DNA of 64,000 nucleotides, taken from assembly GCA_964016885.1 (NCBI GenBank), contig OZ024743.1, positions 83,018,001 to 83,082,000 of the forward strand, given 5' to 3'. The position numbers and the translations under genes are program-made. Within the stretch, counting starts at the first letter, position 1, and each line of letters starts with the position of its first letter. Below, piece by piece: positions 23,047-37,817 of the stretch. The DNA comes from Eledone cirrhosa (Eukaryota). Below the pieces are notes generated by a model that was not told the origin of the DNA, ran no database searches, and saw only the letters and a program-made list of their open reading frames with translations.

Positions 23047-25850
23047 GTTTTGCGAGGTTTTTTATATGAAATCGTGTGTCGAAACAAATATTGTTATACT
23101 TGGGGAGGGTCATATTTGTGTAATATTGCCAGAATTAATAACAGAACACACTCACTGTTTGGTTGATTTTCGCTTTTCGCTTCTGTGTCTTTTATATCGG
23201 TAATCTGATATACTCGGTCCTCAATGTTGCCATTGACTGACCGACGGTCAAAAATAATACAGATACAATATAGACACAAACACATATATATAGTTTATCA
23301 TAAATCTTTCGTTGCACATCTGCAACATCGTCAGTGGTGCTATTGTTTCCTCCTGTTGAATTGTATGGCTACGCCATTTTTATTCAGTCTGTATATTTAT
23401 TTATTTATTTGCTTGTTTGTTTATTTTATTTTGTCTTCTTTGCGCATGCGTTTGCATGTGTATATAGTGTTTTGTTTGATGTGTGATGTGTGTTCGTGAT
23501 TGGGTGACTAATGTGTGTTTGTGTTTGTTGTTATTGTGCTTGTGTATGTATTTATTTATTTATTTATTTATTTATTTATTTTATTTTATTTTATTTTATT
23601 TTATTTTATTTACTTATTTACACTTCCCTTAGGTCAGTGTTGTTTGTTTGGGTGTTGTTGTTATTCCATTCATTCTTTCTGTTTAGTCTTGGTCTTCTAA
23701 GTTCTATTTTACTGGCCTCTCTGATTTGCCTATCTGCTGGGTCATTTCTATGTTTAGATATTATTCTAATTTCTATGTTGTCTATGTTACCCTCATGTTG
23801 TTGTCTGGCATGTTCGTATAGTACTGACCCGTTTTTTCGTCCTTTTAGTTCCCCCCAGTGTTGGTCTATCCTTTCACCTATGCTACGAGCTGTCTCACCT
23901 AGATATGTTGTTGTCATGTTTCTGCAGGTACCCTCTGTACATATTATGCTATAGACTACGTTTCTAGTTTTACAGTTTATCCGGGGGTTTACCTTACATA
24001 TGATACATTTCCTATTGGTACAGTGGGTTTTCTTAAAAGGCTAGGTTTGCTGATCAGGGATTTTATGGTGGTTCCTGGCTTTTCTAATACCTTAATTTTT
24101 AAGTGGGTCTTTCTCAGGGCCTTTCTACACTGGTTAGCTAATTTCCCTCCAGGGGTAGCGTCCACAAACATGACACTCTGGTATCTCTGGTTGTCGTATC
24201 ATGAGGTGGCTTTCCCTATCTTATGTCTAGCCCTATCTAAGCTATTCCATGATTTGCTCCTGTATAATGGGCAAATTCCTTTCATGTCCAGTTCTATGAG
24301 GGTCTTATACTTCTCCATGGCTCCTTCGTATACTCTGACTCTGTCTCTTTGGTTGTAGACAGAGAACTGCATGCGGTTGATGAAGTGTTGGATGTGTCTT
24401 TCCATTTCTGTTGGGTCGCACATGCGGGACACATTCTTCATCACTCGTACCAAATCTGCGATAAGAATATTAAACTTAGTACTACTGGACATTGCTGAGT
24501 TTTTGAGTATCAGGTATTTGGAGGCCATGGGTTTAGCATAGTGTGAGTGGAGAATTTGGGCTCTCTCGTCTATAGTGTTAATCCAGAGTTCTGTGTCTAA
24601 TACAGGTAGTCTATTGGAAGGGAAGTCGCTAGTTACAGTTATACTCTGGTGTATGGAATTACATATCGGCTGGATGCTTTCCATTGTGCTACGTTCTAAA
24701 TCAAACTTGTTAGTACTCTCTAGTGGGGATGTTCTTATAACTATATTGATATCGTCTACATAATGAGAGTACATGATGAGGTCTATGGAGCTCTCATTAA
24801 GGAGATCTTTAAGTCTCCTTTCCCACCATACCATGAAAAGGTTGGCAACATCACCAGCTATGCTGACGCCAATGGCTGCTCCTTCATTTTGGGTGTAGAT
24901 CTTCTCGTTGAACTTAAATATGTGGCCCTTGAGGGTAGTTTTGATACTAGCCCCTATTGCATGTGCTACCATTTTTCTTACCTGATCATTGTTTTGGGGG
25001 GTCCGTATAGCTTTGGTCCACCCAATCCACCTTCCCATGGGAGTCTTTTTTGCTATTGAGGTTATGGTGGGGGGTCTACCTCTTATGGGTCTACTAGGGC
25101 AGAAACGTCTAAGGTCATGGCTGTCTAGGTAGTCAGTGTCGTAGGTAAGTCTAAGTAGGAGGCCCAGTTCGTCTGTGTCGACGTCGCAGAACTCCACCTC
25201 ACTCTCAATGATCATCTCCACACATTTTTTCACAGCAAAATCAATGTTAATGGATGGGTACAGTGACACCACATCCATGCTGCCTATTATGCAGTTGGAT
25301 AGGTTCCTGTTTTTGTTGCACTCACTGATTCTGCTGAGGAGGTCCTCTGTACTGTTACATACATCCGGGGACATCTTGATTATGAGGCGTATAACCATTG
25401 AGAGGAAGTAGGAGATCCTGTAGTTACTAACTATATTAGCTCCGCATACGGGTCTTGTTGGTGGTCCTGTTGTCGGGTCGTCGACTGTCTTGTGGTCTTT
25501 GCGGAGCCCATACAAGGGTGGTATGCCATTGTTAGACGCCTGGAAGTTGTTGGCAGTGCGTCTGCTTGGCTTTAGGATGTCAGTCCACATCATCATGTGA
25601 GCGTTGACGATTTTCTCTCTCCCATCGTGTGTTTGTTGTGCAATTTCGCTCGTGTTGGTGATGTGGGTTGCATAGCCTTGATGTAGTTCGGCATGCTATC
25701 TATTGACATCCTACCAGACTTATCCGTGGGTAGACATACTACCTCACCATCTCTTGTGCGCTGCTTGAGGCTAACCAAGCCTTCTACAGGTTTCCTCCCA
25801 AGTTGTTGGGCCTCTGGTCTGCTCTGTCTCTCAGTATACCTGTCTACTAT
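23047..25850 (-). mobile_element. Penelope-like retroelement, most of ORF, frameshifted (RT 24199-25596; GIY-YIG 23618-24171; 3' UTR)
   Basis: LYGLRKDHK, RPVC, SMDVVSLYPSI, GAAIG, YVDD, LPVLD motifs; YLGETARSIGERIDQH endonuclease; 3' end abuts a TA-rich tract. Confidence 0.93.
23300..23340 (-). ncRNA. Putative minimal hammerhead in Penelope 3' UTR
   Basis: Minus strand: CTGACGA-T-GTTGCA gatg TGCAAC-GAAA-GATTTA; same position as the 3028-3056 motif. Confidence 0.6.
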
Positions 25851-27013
25851 TTGTCTAATATATAGATATATATTAATATATAGATGTATATTAAGTATAT
25901 GAAGTCTTATGTATCTCACCTGGAACTTTTTTGGTATATTGCCAAGATGTAATTAGTAGGTTACCCAAAGCTCTTGATACCAGACCTCCTGAAACCAGTC
26001 ATGGTTCTATGATACAAATCTGTTTCTTTTAAAATGTTTATATTCATCTAAATACTTTCCATCATAATTTTATGTAAGAACTTTTGTTTAGTTACGCTCC
26101 ATTTACCAACTTAGTAATGAAAAAGTTAGTTAAATGACTAAATCCCTTCAAATATTTTATTATTGTTTTTATTATTTGAAAATTTTAAGCAGTGACTTTT
26201 ACTAAAAATATGGTAACAAAAAGGTTAAAGTGTATATATTTATCTAAAGCCATTCCATTTTATGTAATCTTTATGTTCCAAACACCAGCTTAATAATGAG
26301 AAAGTTAGTTATATTATTAACTCATTCTGAAATCAAAATTATTTGAAAAATATAAGCAATATTCTTCATTAGAAATATAGTAACAAAAGGGTTAATGATA
26401 TAAATACATTCTCTGTATTTATAAAAGGTTTTGAAGATGTCAAGAAGGCATGTTTGAAGAACAGCTTCATGGAAAATCACCTGACTGTGGATAAGTGTAA
26501 AGAAATAAACAGTATCCTGATGAAAAATCTTCACAAACCACCTCTTCCATTATTCAATGCTATTTTGAAAACAAGAATATAAGTTCTGGTGGACTCTTTG
26601 CTTCAAAACCTGTAGAAGTAACTAACAATACTTATAGGGTAACTTTTCAAGAGAAATCAGGTAAGTTGTTTTCCCCTCTCTTTTTATCTGGTTTCCCACA
26701 CGGTACTGGGTGTTGTTGTTGTTAGGGCAATTGTTTGGCAGAATCATTCTAGTGTTGGACAAAAGGTCTTGTGGTAAGGGCCAGTGCTACCATTAAGGTT
26801 AACTAAGCAGCCACATGGGGTACAGACCCAAGGCCAGGTTCAGACTTTGGGGGTCCTGCAGCACTTCAGGTTTCGTGTCTTCCTCTTTCATACACTAAAA
26901 TAGAATACACAGCAAACCTTCAAATTTACATATCAAAATCCATTTAGTTCATGTAAATGGAATTGACAAGTTGTACATACAAATGTTAAATGAAAAAAAA
27001 CTGACCAGTTATA

Positions 27014-28105
27014 CATCATCATCATCAACGTTTAACGTCCATCTTCCACGCTAACATGGGTTCAGATGGGATTGTCCCACTTGAGGCAAGATTGGTCATC
27101 TCGCTCGTATAGGACTGTCTGGCAGGTTTTCTATGGTTGGATGCCCTTCCTAACACCAACCACGTCTACAGTGTGGACTGTGTGTTTTTTTTGTTTTTTT
27201 TTGTGACACCTACACGACCTCATTTATTTAGGACTGGATGTTGTGGTACCAACATAACATTACAGAGAAAGGGGTGGTGTTGATGGAGGTGGGGGAGTTG
27301 GGTTAGTGGGATGGGGGTGTATATTTGATTAAGAAGTGCCTACTGACTGTAAGTTTCGCTATGTACTTAGGCAAGGTGGGTCTTCTGTATTACTACGTAC
27401 GGCTAAAGATCTCGGTCCAGTGACATTGTCTTAGAGAGGTGTGTGTAAGGTCAGAATTTATCAAGTCGTCCCAGGTTTTTCTGGGTCTGCCTACTCTGTA
27501 ACTTCAATCAATTTTGATCGCCCTACACTTTTTTTATACAGCTGTCGTCTTTCATGCGCATCACGTGACCATACCAACGTAGTCTTCTCTCGAGTAAACA
27601 ACATCTGATCCCTCTTATTTCTAATTTCTCACTTAGTTCATTTATGCTTTGCTGTTCACGTATATTACTATTACACATCCAGTGGAGTATGCATGCTTCA
27701 TTCCTCTCCAGTCTGCGTAAATCCCCTGCACACAATGCCCATGTCTCACTGTCATGTAACATTGCTGTTCGTATGTCGCCATCATACAGTCTGCCTTTCA
27801 TTTTTAGAGGGAAACCTTTAGTGGCCAACAGTGGTATAAGCTCTCTGAACTTTTCCATCCCGTTCTGACTCTGGCTACTATACTTTCAGAGCACCCTCCA
27901 CCACTGCTGATTTTGTCATCCAGGTAACGGAAGGTGTCCACTATTTCTATAGAGCTGTCTAGGCAATAGAAGGAGCTAGTATCCAGTGGGCTCATGCTAC
28001 TTATTGCACCTGAGCACCGGACACATATAAAATCTACGTTCTTAGATAGCTTACCTGTGATCCCACTACATCTTTTATGCACCCCAAATTCGAGCAGTGA
28101 TTCGG
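27014..28105 (-). mobile_element. 5'-truncated, frameshifted RTE LINE
   Basis: HKRCSGITGKL, FRYL, RRLRWYGHVMRM motifs; same family as 30778-32129; (CAT)n tail at 27014-27027. Confidence 0.92.
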
Positions 28106-28849
28106 TAATCTTGGTAAAGTTAAACCTCCATAAGTAGATATAATTCAAACTAAGGGTCTCGAGCTTATTCTAAAGTCTGTTTTCGAGCTTATTCTAAAGT
28201 CTGTTCAAAAGACTTGATTGTTTAACTAAACGTAAGAGTTTAAAGAAAAAAAAAGTCTGTAATGGATAATTTCACTGCTATTTCTAGCAGGGTGAGAGAC
28301 TACGTAGATATGTAATTGATATTTTACTGAGTGATACTTTTTGATTTGTCATCGATTAAATACGATTGGACTGTGTCTGAATGTATTAAATTTTATCAGG
28401 GACTTTTAACGAATGACACCGGTAAGGGAGTTAAATCATTTCTAACGACACCGAGTACCTGCTGTCTTCATTATAACTTTAATTAATCTAATTATATCTT
28501 GTGTAAAAATTATATATATACTCACATAATTTTCTTTCCCCGACACTGTTATATCTATTCTTACTTTACAATTGTGTCTACTAAGAGTTCCATTACAATC
28601 TGTAGTAGTAAAACTACTATTTCACCAGAACATCTGCTAGCAGTCATTTATAGACAATATATATATATTAGACCACATATCAACCTAATATATATATATA
28701 TTTCCTATCAAATCTGTAGCTAAAGACATAAAGTAAGCTTCACTACTTCATTCTGACAAGATATTAATTTATGACTGAAGATGAAGATACACCAACGTTA
28801 ATGTCGTGAAATAAAGCTGATAACATCTTTGAAACTTCTAATTTGATAA

Positions 28850-28922
28850 CAGAGATTATTTCTTTGGTTGTTTAGTAAAAACTAACAACACAACACATTG
28901 ATTATATCTGAAAGAGGTAAGT
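28850..28922 (+). other. Candidate non-coding 5' exon end / splice donor (GAG|GTAAGT) of the zinc-finger gene
   Basis: Consensus donor at 28917 and a strong acceptor TTTCTTTCTTATTTCAG at 33596 upstream of the ATG. Another consensus donor CAG|GTAAGT lies at 26661. The linkage is inference. Confidence 0.4.
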
Positions 28923-29331
28923 TGACAAAGATTTACTTCATGTCTATATTAATGTGTGTACATTAATATATTTACTTAATGTCTATATTAATGTGAGCCC
29001 TACAACGATCCAGTAATTATATACAAGTGAAAATATATATAACATTGGAAAAATATATTTCTTCCTCCACTTTTATATATAGAAAAAAAACTTCCAAACT
29101 GAAATGTTGATGTGATATTTTTCAATCACCAGATTCCACTGTTACATGTGATATAAAATATATTGTTATCATGACTGTCTTTATTATTTAAAATACCTCC
29201 GTCTATATTTCAACCACTGGAACAACCTCAAACAAGAAACAGTTGTCGCACCCTCAGTCAACATTTTAAAGTAAACAATCGAAATAAATATGAGTGTATA
29301 TAGATAGATGTATGTTGTGTGTGTATATATA

Positions 29332-29480
29332 CAGTAATCCCCCGCTATATCGCAGTTCACTTTTCGCGGTCCCGTTACATCGCGGATATTTCTTTGGAAC
29401 GTATCTAATTTCCTATCGCAGTAATCCTCGCTACATCGCGGATTTTTCGTTAGAACATATCTATTTTCTTATCGCGGTAC
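29332..29480 (+). mobile_element. Tigger/pogo-like DNA transposon end
   Basis: TA|CAGTAATCCCCCGCTATATCGC start, internally repeated at ~29419; CpG-rich subterminal motifs. Confidence 0.55.
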
Positions 29481-29694
29481 GTCTGAATAAAAAGTGTTTA
29501 AATTTTAAACTTATTAAATAAGTTTCAATGTGATTAAAGTGTATATCGTAAGGAAGGGGCAACTTAAAGCTTTAACTATGAAAAAATGTTTATATTTTTA
29601 TTCCATTACTGTTTTACTGATTGTGTTTTGCTCTAATCTACTACAAACCCTTCATAGATTGGTCTCTCTGTAACATGGTTGTTTCTGGAACGTA

Positions 29695-29830
29695 TCATGG
29701 CTTAGTGGTTAGAGCATTGGGCTTGCAATATAAAGGTTGTGAGTTCGATTCTTGGACTGTGTGATGTGTTGTTTCCTTGAGCAAGACACTTTATTTCACA
29801 CTGTTTACTCAGCTGTAGAAATGAGTTGTC
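29695..29830 (+). mobile_element. tRNA-derived SINE (second family, CORE/V-like centre)
   Basis: A-box TGGCTTAGTGG, B-box GAGTTCGATTC, then CCTTGAGCAAGACACTTTATTTC. Confidence 0.75.
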
Positions 29831-29831
29831 T

Positions 29832-30148
29832 TGTTACTGGTGCCAAGCTGTATCAGCCATAGCCTTTCTCTTGGACAACATCATATATAGTGTATAATAT
29901 ATACTGTACACAGTATATATATATAGTATATATGTTGTGATGTTACTGGTGCCAAGCTGTATCAGCCATTGCCTTTCTCTTGGACAACATCATATATAGT
30001 GTATAATAAATACTGTACAGTGTATATATAATATATATATAGTATATATGTTGTGATACAGGTGCCAAGCTGTATCAGCCATTGTCTTTCTCTTGGATAA
30101 CATTATATATAGTGCATAATATATCCTGTACACAGAATATATATAATA
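29832..30148. repeat. ~112-bp tandem repeat, 3 copies
   Basis: GGTGCCAAGCTGTATCAGCCAT recurs at ~29839, 29948 and 30061, directly at the SINE 3' end. Confidence 0.9.
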
Positions 30149-30349
30149 TATGTATGTAAAAGGTTTTAGGAAATTAGTATCAGTGTATATAAATATTATC
30201 AAGAATGACATGGTTTTACTTTACAGAAGTCAAATAAATTGTTATAAAGAATTGTTACCACATGTTGGTGTTCAGGTGGTCACAACTCCCAGACTGGAGT
30301 GTGTGGAGGAGAACAGAAAATCTTCTCTTGGTAAGGTTCAAGTGTTTCT

Positions 30350-32560
30350 TTAGGCTGCCGGTGTTCTTCTTGGGTGCGAAGGAAGTGAAACAGGTGTGTG
30401 AGCATCTGTGTGGGCCCGTTTAAGTCTATCAACCGCAATGGTCTCTCTGGATCCCTTAATGTCTACAGTAATACACGGTAGGGTCCAGAGTACGGTTGTG
30501 TGAGAGGTGGTCTCACGGCATCGTTTCTTACAAACATGTGTCCACGAGGCAATATCCCTCGGGACTGCAGTTTTAATAGTTTGTTTCCTAGTATTCATGG
30601 GCGGTAAGTCCTGAAAATAGGAGCGCAAACGAGATAAGTAGGAAACAGGGTCCTGAAAAGCAAGATCAATAGGGGCAAGCATTTGCCCAGGCAACGCTAG
30701 AGGAGCACCATACAGTAATTCAGCCGGGGAGAACCCAAGGTCCTCCTTTATTGATGACCAAATTCCTAACAACACAACTCCTATACGCAGATGATCTAAC
30801 GCTCATAGCTGAATCAATGGCCAAACTAGAGAAGAAATTCCAAACATGGAAGCATGGCCTAGAATCAAAAGGCCTTAAAATTAACCTGTCTAAGACTAAA
30901 GTTCTAGTTTGTAGGAAGGAAAATAGGGCGCCGGTCCCATCCAGGAAATGGCCATGCTCAGTGTGTAGGAAAGGAGTAGGTAGAAACTCCATTTTATGTC
31001 CCAAATGCAAAGTATGGGTGCATAAAAGATGTAGTGGGATCACAGGTAAGCTAACTAAGAACATAGATTTTATATGTGGCTGGTGCTCTGGTGCAATAAG
31101 TAGCAGCAAGTGCCCACAGAATACGAGCTCATTCCATTGCACAGATGGTTCTATAGAAATAGTGGACAGCTTCCGTTACCTGGGTGACAAAATCAGCAGT
31201 GGGGGAGGGTGCTCTGAAAGTACAGTAGCTAGAGTCAGAACTGGATGGAAAAAGTTCCGAGAGCTTATACCACTATTTGCCGCTAAAGAGTTCTCCCTAA
31301 AAATGAAAGGCAGGCTGTGTAATGCCTGCATATGAACAGCAATGTTGCATGGTAGTGAGACCTGGGCATTGTGTGCAGAGGATATATGCAGACTGGAGAG
31401 GAACGAAGCTTGCATGCTCCGCTGGATGTGTAATAGTAATATACGTGAACGACAAAGCATAAACGAACTAAGGGAAAAATTAGAAATAAGAGGGATCAGA
31501 TGTTGTTTACTCGAGAGAAGACTACGTTGGTATGGTCACGTGATGCGCATGAAAGACGACAGCTGTATAAAAAAGTGCAGGGCAATAAAAATAGACGGTA
31601 GCCACGGAGTAGGCAGACCCAGAAAAACCTGGGACGACTTGATAAATTCCTACCTCACACACTTACACCTCTCCAAGACAATGTCACTGGACCGAGACCT
31701 TTGGCGTTACACAGTAATAGAGAAGACCAGCCTTACCTAAGTACAAAGTGAAACCTACTACAGTCAGTAGGCACCTCTAACAAAATACACCCCCGTCCCA
31801 CTACCTCCACCCCATCCACACCACCCCTTTCAATGTAAAGTTATGTTGGTACCACAACATCCAGCCCGAAACAAATAAGGTCGTGTAGGTGTCACGACAA
31901 AAAAACACACAGTCTACGCTGTAATGTGGCCGTGTAGGTAACACGGTAAAAACCTCCCAGTTCCACACTGTAAATGTGGTTGGTGTTAGGAAGGGCATCC
32001 AGCCGTAGAAAACCCGCCAGACAGTCCTATGCGAGCAAGACAACCACTCTTGCCTCAAGTGGGAAAACTCCCGTCCAAACTCATGCAAGCGTGGAATATG
32101 GACGTTAAACGATGATGATGATGATGATGACAATACGAAGGTACTTGCTCCAACGTTGAGAGTCTGGATAGGCGCGAAGAACGGCCTTTAATTGGCGGTG
32201 GAATCGTTCCACCATTCCGTTTGAAGCAGGGTGATAGGCTGTGGTCCGAATCCGTTGAGCGCCAATGATCTTTGAGAGCTCAGAGAAAAGATGAGATTCA
32301 AATTGTCTACCACGGTCTGTGATGACTGTAGTTCGTACCCCAAAGCGGGTAATCCACCCTGATACCAGGGCACGCGCTACAGTCTCAGCAGTTATATCTT
32401 GTAAGGGGATGGCTTCAGGCCATCGGGAAAAACGATCAAATGGTCGTGGTGAATCCGTAGATACATCACATAGAATCTGATTGTCGGTGGTCGACAAGGG
32501 CAGATATTTGAAGATGCAAGTCGCAAATTCGGCAGAAAGAGTATCCAGTGATAACGATAT
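30350..32560 (-). mobile_element. Gypsy-type LTR retrotransposon integrase relic, split by an RTE insertion
   Basis: [42 protein letters not shown] (rve core) at 32130-32440 continues as LLGI.SSIKEDL..SPAELLYG at 30777-30650. Confidence 0.9.
30778..32129 (+). mobile_element. 5'-truncated RTE LINE (RT C-half with Cys/His-rich insert, 3' UTR, (GAT)n tail)
   Basis: LLYADD, GLKINLSKTK, FRYLG, RRLRWYGHV; internal stop at 31333 (CGA in the 27.7 kb copy); ACAA on both sides. Confidence 0.93.
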
Positions 32561-32908
32561 ATGTATGTATATGTATATGAATTTTTTTTTTCTTTTACAC
32601 CTGGGAGTGAAAGGCCCCCAGTTGTGGTCACAACACCTTTCAAGTAGAGGGAAACGCTGAAAGAAAACCTGCGGCCTCAGAAGCATCAGATGATGTTGAC
32701 CAGTTCTCCTTTTCGGGTACTGTTTTTGATGTTCAGAGAGTGGGATTGGTTGAGTGCAAGGTCATTCCTCACTTAAAAAACCTTCAAAACACAGGCATTG
32801 CTTGTTCAGGATATGTTACAGGTTCGTGTGGCTGGCCGTAGCCTAAAGTTGCACCATTTCCTGTAATCTGACAAGTGATTGCAATACTCTTAGCAGATTT
32901 GCAGCCAT

Positions 32909-32939
<31 letters not shown>

Positions 32940-33968
32940 GTATACACATATGTATATATTTGTATATATATGTATATATCATCATCTTCATTGTAGTCAC
33001 TCATAATAGAAACTGATACAGGGTAGAGAGCTCTTAAGTCCAGTAAAATAACCTCTCTAGTGCCATGAACAATACACCCAGTCCTTGCTGTAAAGGGGTT
33101 GATGAGAGGAAGGACATCCAACCAGAAAAGAACAAAAAAACGCCAAAATTATGGAAAGCCGTGCAAATAAAATTCCCACTAATTGTGTCTACAGGACTAA
33201 CACAAGTCCTGTTGGTGGGGTGCCTAGGGTAGCCATGTGTGAGAATCCTTTGACTGTTATCAAACAATCGCTCAGCATTTTTCCCTTCCAGGTAGAAAGA
33301 ACTGTTACTCAAGGAACTGTCAAGTTACACATCTCAGGTCTCAGACAATTATGTTAGAATGTCATATAAGAATGAAGTTCCTGGGTAAAGGCTATAGGGC
33401 AGACCTCCCAAGAGTTAGAAGGATAAAATTTACAGAGCTTGCTGGAATACCACTACTTACATTGGAGAGAATAACTCTGGACAGGAAAGTTGATATCTAC
33501 AGATTATCAATATAGAAATATAAATTTCCAATGTTAAATCTATCTCTGTTTCTAAAGTATTCTCTATTATCTCATACTGTTTCTTTCTTATTTCAGAATA
33601 TCGGATGACATTGGAATATATTTACTTTTTAATCTTGAATACATCCCCTCTATTATCATCATTTCAAGACTAAGGATTTTCATACAGAACTCATATAACA
33701 CTGTTTATATAAATCTATGGCAGAATTACTGTGAAATATTTCCTCAGAACTGTTTCTTGGAAAAATATCATTTCGTCACCATGTGAAATATTTACAAGAT
33801 GATTTTGAATCTTAACTAAACTTGGATCAGAAAGAAGTTTGCATCATCTTCAGATCTTGACTGAGGTCACAGTTGGGGGAAATATAGTAGAAGAAATATC
33901 TTCAGGAATATAATATATAAAATAAGACAAGAATAACATCTGTAAATTTTGGCAAGGGAAGAAGAAAC

Positions 33969-36359
33969 ATGGAAAATAAATTGAGTGAGAAGAAGATTAA
34001 ATGTGAAACATTGTCTAAAGATATGGCTATTCCAGAAGAGATACCAAAGTCTAGAGGAGAGAAGCCATTTCACTGTGATGTCTGTGGTAAATCATTCGTT
34101 GCAAGTAGTCACTTGACTAAACACTTACGTACCCATACAGGTGAGGAGCCATACCACTGTGATATCTGTGGTAAATCATTCTCTGTATGTAGTCACTTAA
34201 CTAGTCACAAACGTATACATGCAGGGGAGAAGCTATACCACTGTGATATTTGTGGTAAATCATTCTCTCGAAGTAGTAACTTAACTTCTCACATACGTAC
34301 CCATACAGGAGACAAGCCATATGTCTGTGATATCTGTGGTAAATCATTCTCTCGAAGTAGTAACTTAACTTCTCACATACGTACCCATACAGGAGACAAG
34401 CCATTTGTCTGTGATATCTGTGGTAAATCATTCTCTCAAATTAGTACCTTAACTACTCACAAACCTATACATACAGGAGACAAGCCAAATCACTGTGACA
34501 TCTGTGGTAAATCATTCTCTGTAAATAGTCACTTAACTATTCACAAACGTACCCATACAGGAGACAAGCCATATCACTGTGATATCTGTGGTAAATCATT
34601 CTCTGTAAGTAGTAGCTTAACTAGTCACAAACGAATACATACAGGAGACAAGCCATATCACTGTGATATCTGTGGTAAATCATTCTCTCAAATTAGTACC
34701 TTAACTACTCACAAACGTATACATACAGGAGACAAGCCAAATCACTGTGACATCTGTGGTAAATCATTCTCTGTAAGTAGTCACTTAACTAGTCACAAAC
34801 GTACCCATACAGGAGACAAGCCATATCACTGTGATATCTGTGGTAAATCATTCTCTGTAAGTAGTAGCTTAACTAGTCACAAACGAATACATACAGGAGA
34901 CAAGCCATATCACTGTGATATCTGTGGTAAAACATTCCCTGGAAGTAGTACATTGACTAAACACTTACGCACCCATACAGGAGACAAGCCATACCACTGT
35001 GACATCTGTGGTAAATCATTCTCTGCTAGTAATACCTTAACTAGACACAAACATATACACACAGGAGACAAGCCTTACCATTGTAACATCTGTAGTAAAT
35101 CGTTCTCTGTAAGTAGTGCCTTAATTTCTCACAAACGTATACATACAGGTGAGAAACCATACCACTGTGATATCTGTGGTAAATCATTCTCTGTATGTAG
35201 TCACTTAACTAGTCACAAACGTATACATGCAGGGGAGAAGCTATACCACTGTGATATTTGTGGTAAATCATTCTCTCGAAGTAGTAATTTAACTTCTCAC
35301 ATACGTACCCATACAGGAGACAAGCCATATGTCTGTGATATCTGTGGTAAATCATTCTCTCGAAGTAGTAACTTAACTTCTCACATACGTACCCATACAG
35401 GAGACAAACCATATGTCTGTGATATCTGTGGTAAATCATTCTCTCAAATTAGTACCTTAACTACTCACAAACCTATACATACAGGAGACAAGCCAAATCA
35501 CTGTGACATCTGTGGTAAATCATTCTCTGTAAATAGTCACTTAACTATTCACAAACGTACCCATACAGGAGACAAGCCATATCACTGTGATATCTGTGGT
35601 AAATCATTCTCTGTAAGTAGTAGCTTAACTAGTCACAAACGAATACATACAGGAGACAAGCCATATCACTGTGATATCTGTGGTAAATCATTCTCTCAAA
35701 TTAGTACCTTAACTACTCACAAACGTATACATACAGGAGACAAGCCAAATCACTGTGACATCTGTGGTAAATCATTCTCTGTAAGTAGTCACTTAACTAG
35801 TCACAAACGTACCCATACAGGAGACAAGCCATATCACTGTGATATCTGTGGTAAATCATTCTCTGTAAGTAGTAGCTTAACTAGTCACAAACGAATACAT
35901 ACAGGAGACAAGCCATATCACTGTGATATCTGTGGTAAAACATTCCCTGGAAGTAGTACATTGACTAAACACTTACGCACCCATACAGGAGACAAGCCAT
36001 ACCACTGTGACATCTGTGGTAAATCATTCTCTGCTAGTAATACCTTAACTAGACACAAACATATACACACAGGAGACAAGCCTTACCATTGTAACATCTG
36101 TAGTAAATCGTTCTCTGTAAGTAGTGCCTTAATTTCTCACAAACGTATACATACAGGTGAGAAACCATACCACTGTGATATCTGTGGTAAATCATTCTCT
36201 CGAAGTAGTACCTTATCTAGACACAAACGTATACATACAGGAGAGAGGACATATCACTGTGATATCTGTGGGAAATCATTCTCTGTAAGTAGTTTCTTCA
36301 CTAAACACTTGCATACCCACACAGGTGAGAAGCCATGCCACTGTGATATCTGTGGTTAA
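33969..36359 (+). CDS. Tandem C2H2 zinc-finger protein, 796 aa, 27 complete fingers, short N-terminus with no recognisable effector domain
   Basis: 28-aa CxxC...HxxxH repeats with TG(E/D)KP linkers, ATG in good context (AACATGG), upstream acceptor at 33596, AATAAA at 37812. Confidence 0.92.
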   Translation: MENKLSEKKIKCETLSKDMAIPEEIPKSRGEKPFHCDVCGKSFVASSHLTKHLRTHTGEEPYHCDICGKSFSVCSHLTSHKRIHAGEKLYHCDICGKSFSRSSNLTSHIRTHTGDKPYVCDICGKSFSRSSNLTSHIRTHTGDKPFVCDICGKSFSQISTLTTHKPIHTGDKPNHCDICGKSFSVNSHLTIHKRTHTGDKPYHCDICGKSFSVSSSLTSHKRIHTGDKPYHCDICGKSFSQISTLTTHKRIHTGDKPNHCDICGKSFSVSSHLTSHKRTHTGDKPYHCDICGKSFSVSSSLTSHKRIHTGDKPYHCDICGKTFPGSSTLTKHLRTHTGDKPYHCDICGKSFSASNTLTRHKHIHTGDKPYHCNICSKSFSVSSALISHKRIHTGEKPYHCDICGKSFSVCSHLTSHKRIHAGEKLYHCDICGKSFSRSSNLTSHIRTHTGDKPYVCDICGKSFSRSSNLTSHIRTHTGDKPYVCDICGKSFSQISTLTTHKPIHTGDKPNHCDICGKSFSVNSHLTIHKRTHTGDKPYHCDICGKSFSVSSSLTSHKRIHTGDKPYHCDICGKSFSQISTLTTHKRIHTGDKPNHCDICGKSFSVSSHLTSHKRTHTGDKPYHCDICGKSFSVSSSLTSHKRIHTGDKPYHCDICGKTFPGSSTLTKHLRTHTGDKPYHCDICGKSFSASNTLTRHKHIHTGDKPYHCNICSKSFSVSSALISHKRIHTGEKPYHCDICGKSFSRSSTLSRHKRIHTGERTYHCDICGKSFSVSSFFTKHLHTHTGEKPCHCDICG

Positions 36360-37740
<1,381 letters not shown>

Positions 37741-37811
37741 ACACACAATCAGACAAGATAAAAACCATATCACTCACCCAAAACAGTGCTAGCAATGTTG
37801 TTCATGTTTTG

Positions 37812-37817
37812 AATAAA
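37812..37817 (+). promoter_or_regulatory. Candidate polyadenylation signal of the zinc-finger gene
   Basis: AATAAA just after the last decayed finger, followed by T-rich sequence. Confidence 0.45.

Noticed and set aside
28770-28845. Hammerhead-like CTGAAGA-T-GAAGAT...ATCTTT-GAAA
   Set aside because: Stem II pairs, but I could not form stem I or III; may be chance.
29695-29760. tRNA gene
   Set aside because: A/B boxes are followed by a SINE body and no clean cloverleaf is evident; the same applies to 557-626 and 49062-49135.
34201-35439. Antisense ORFs within the ZNF gene
   Set aside because: Shadows of the 84-bp finger repeat; useful only as a marker of the 1008-bp duplication.
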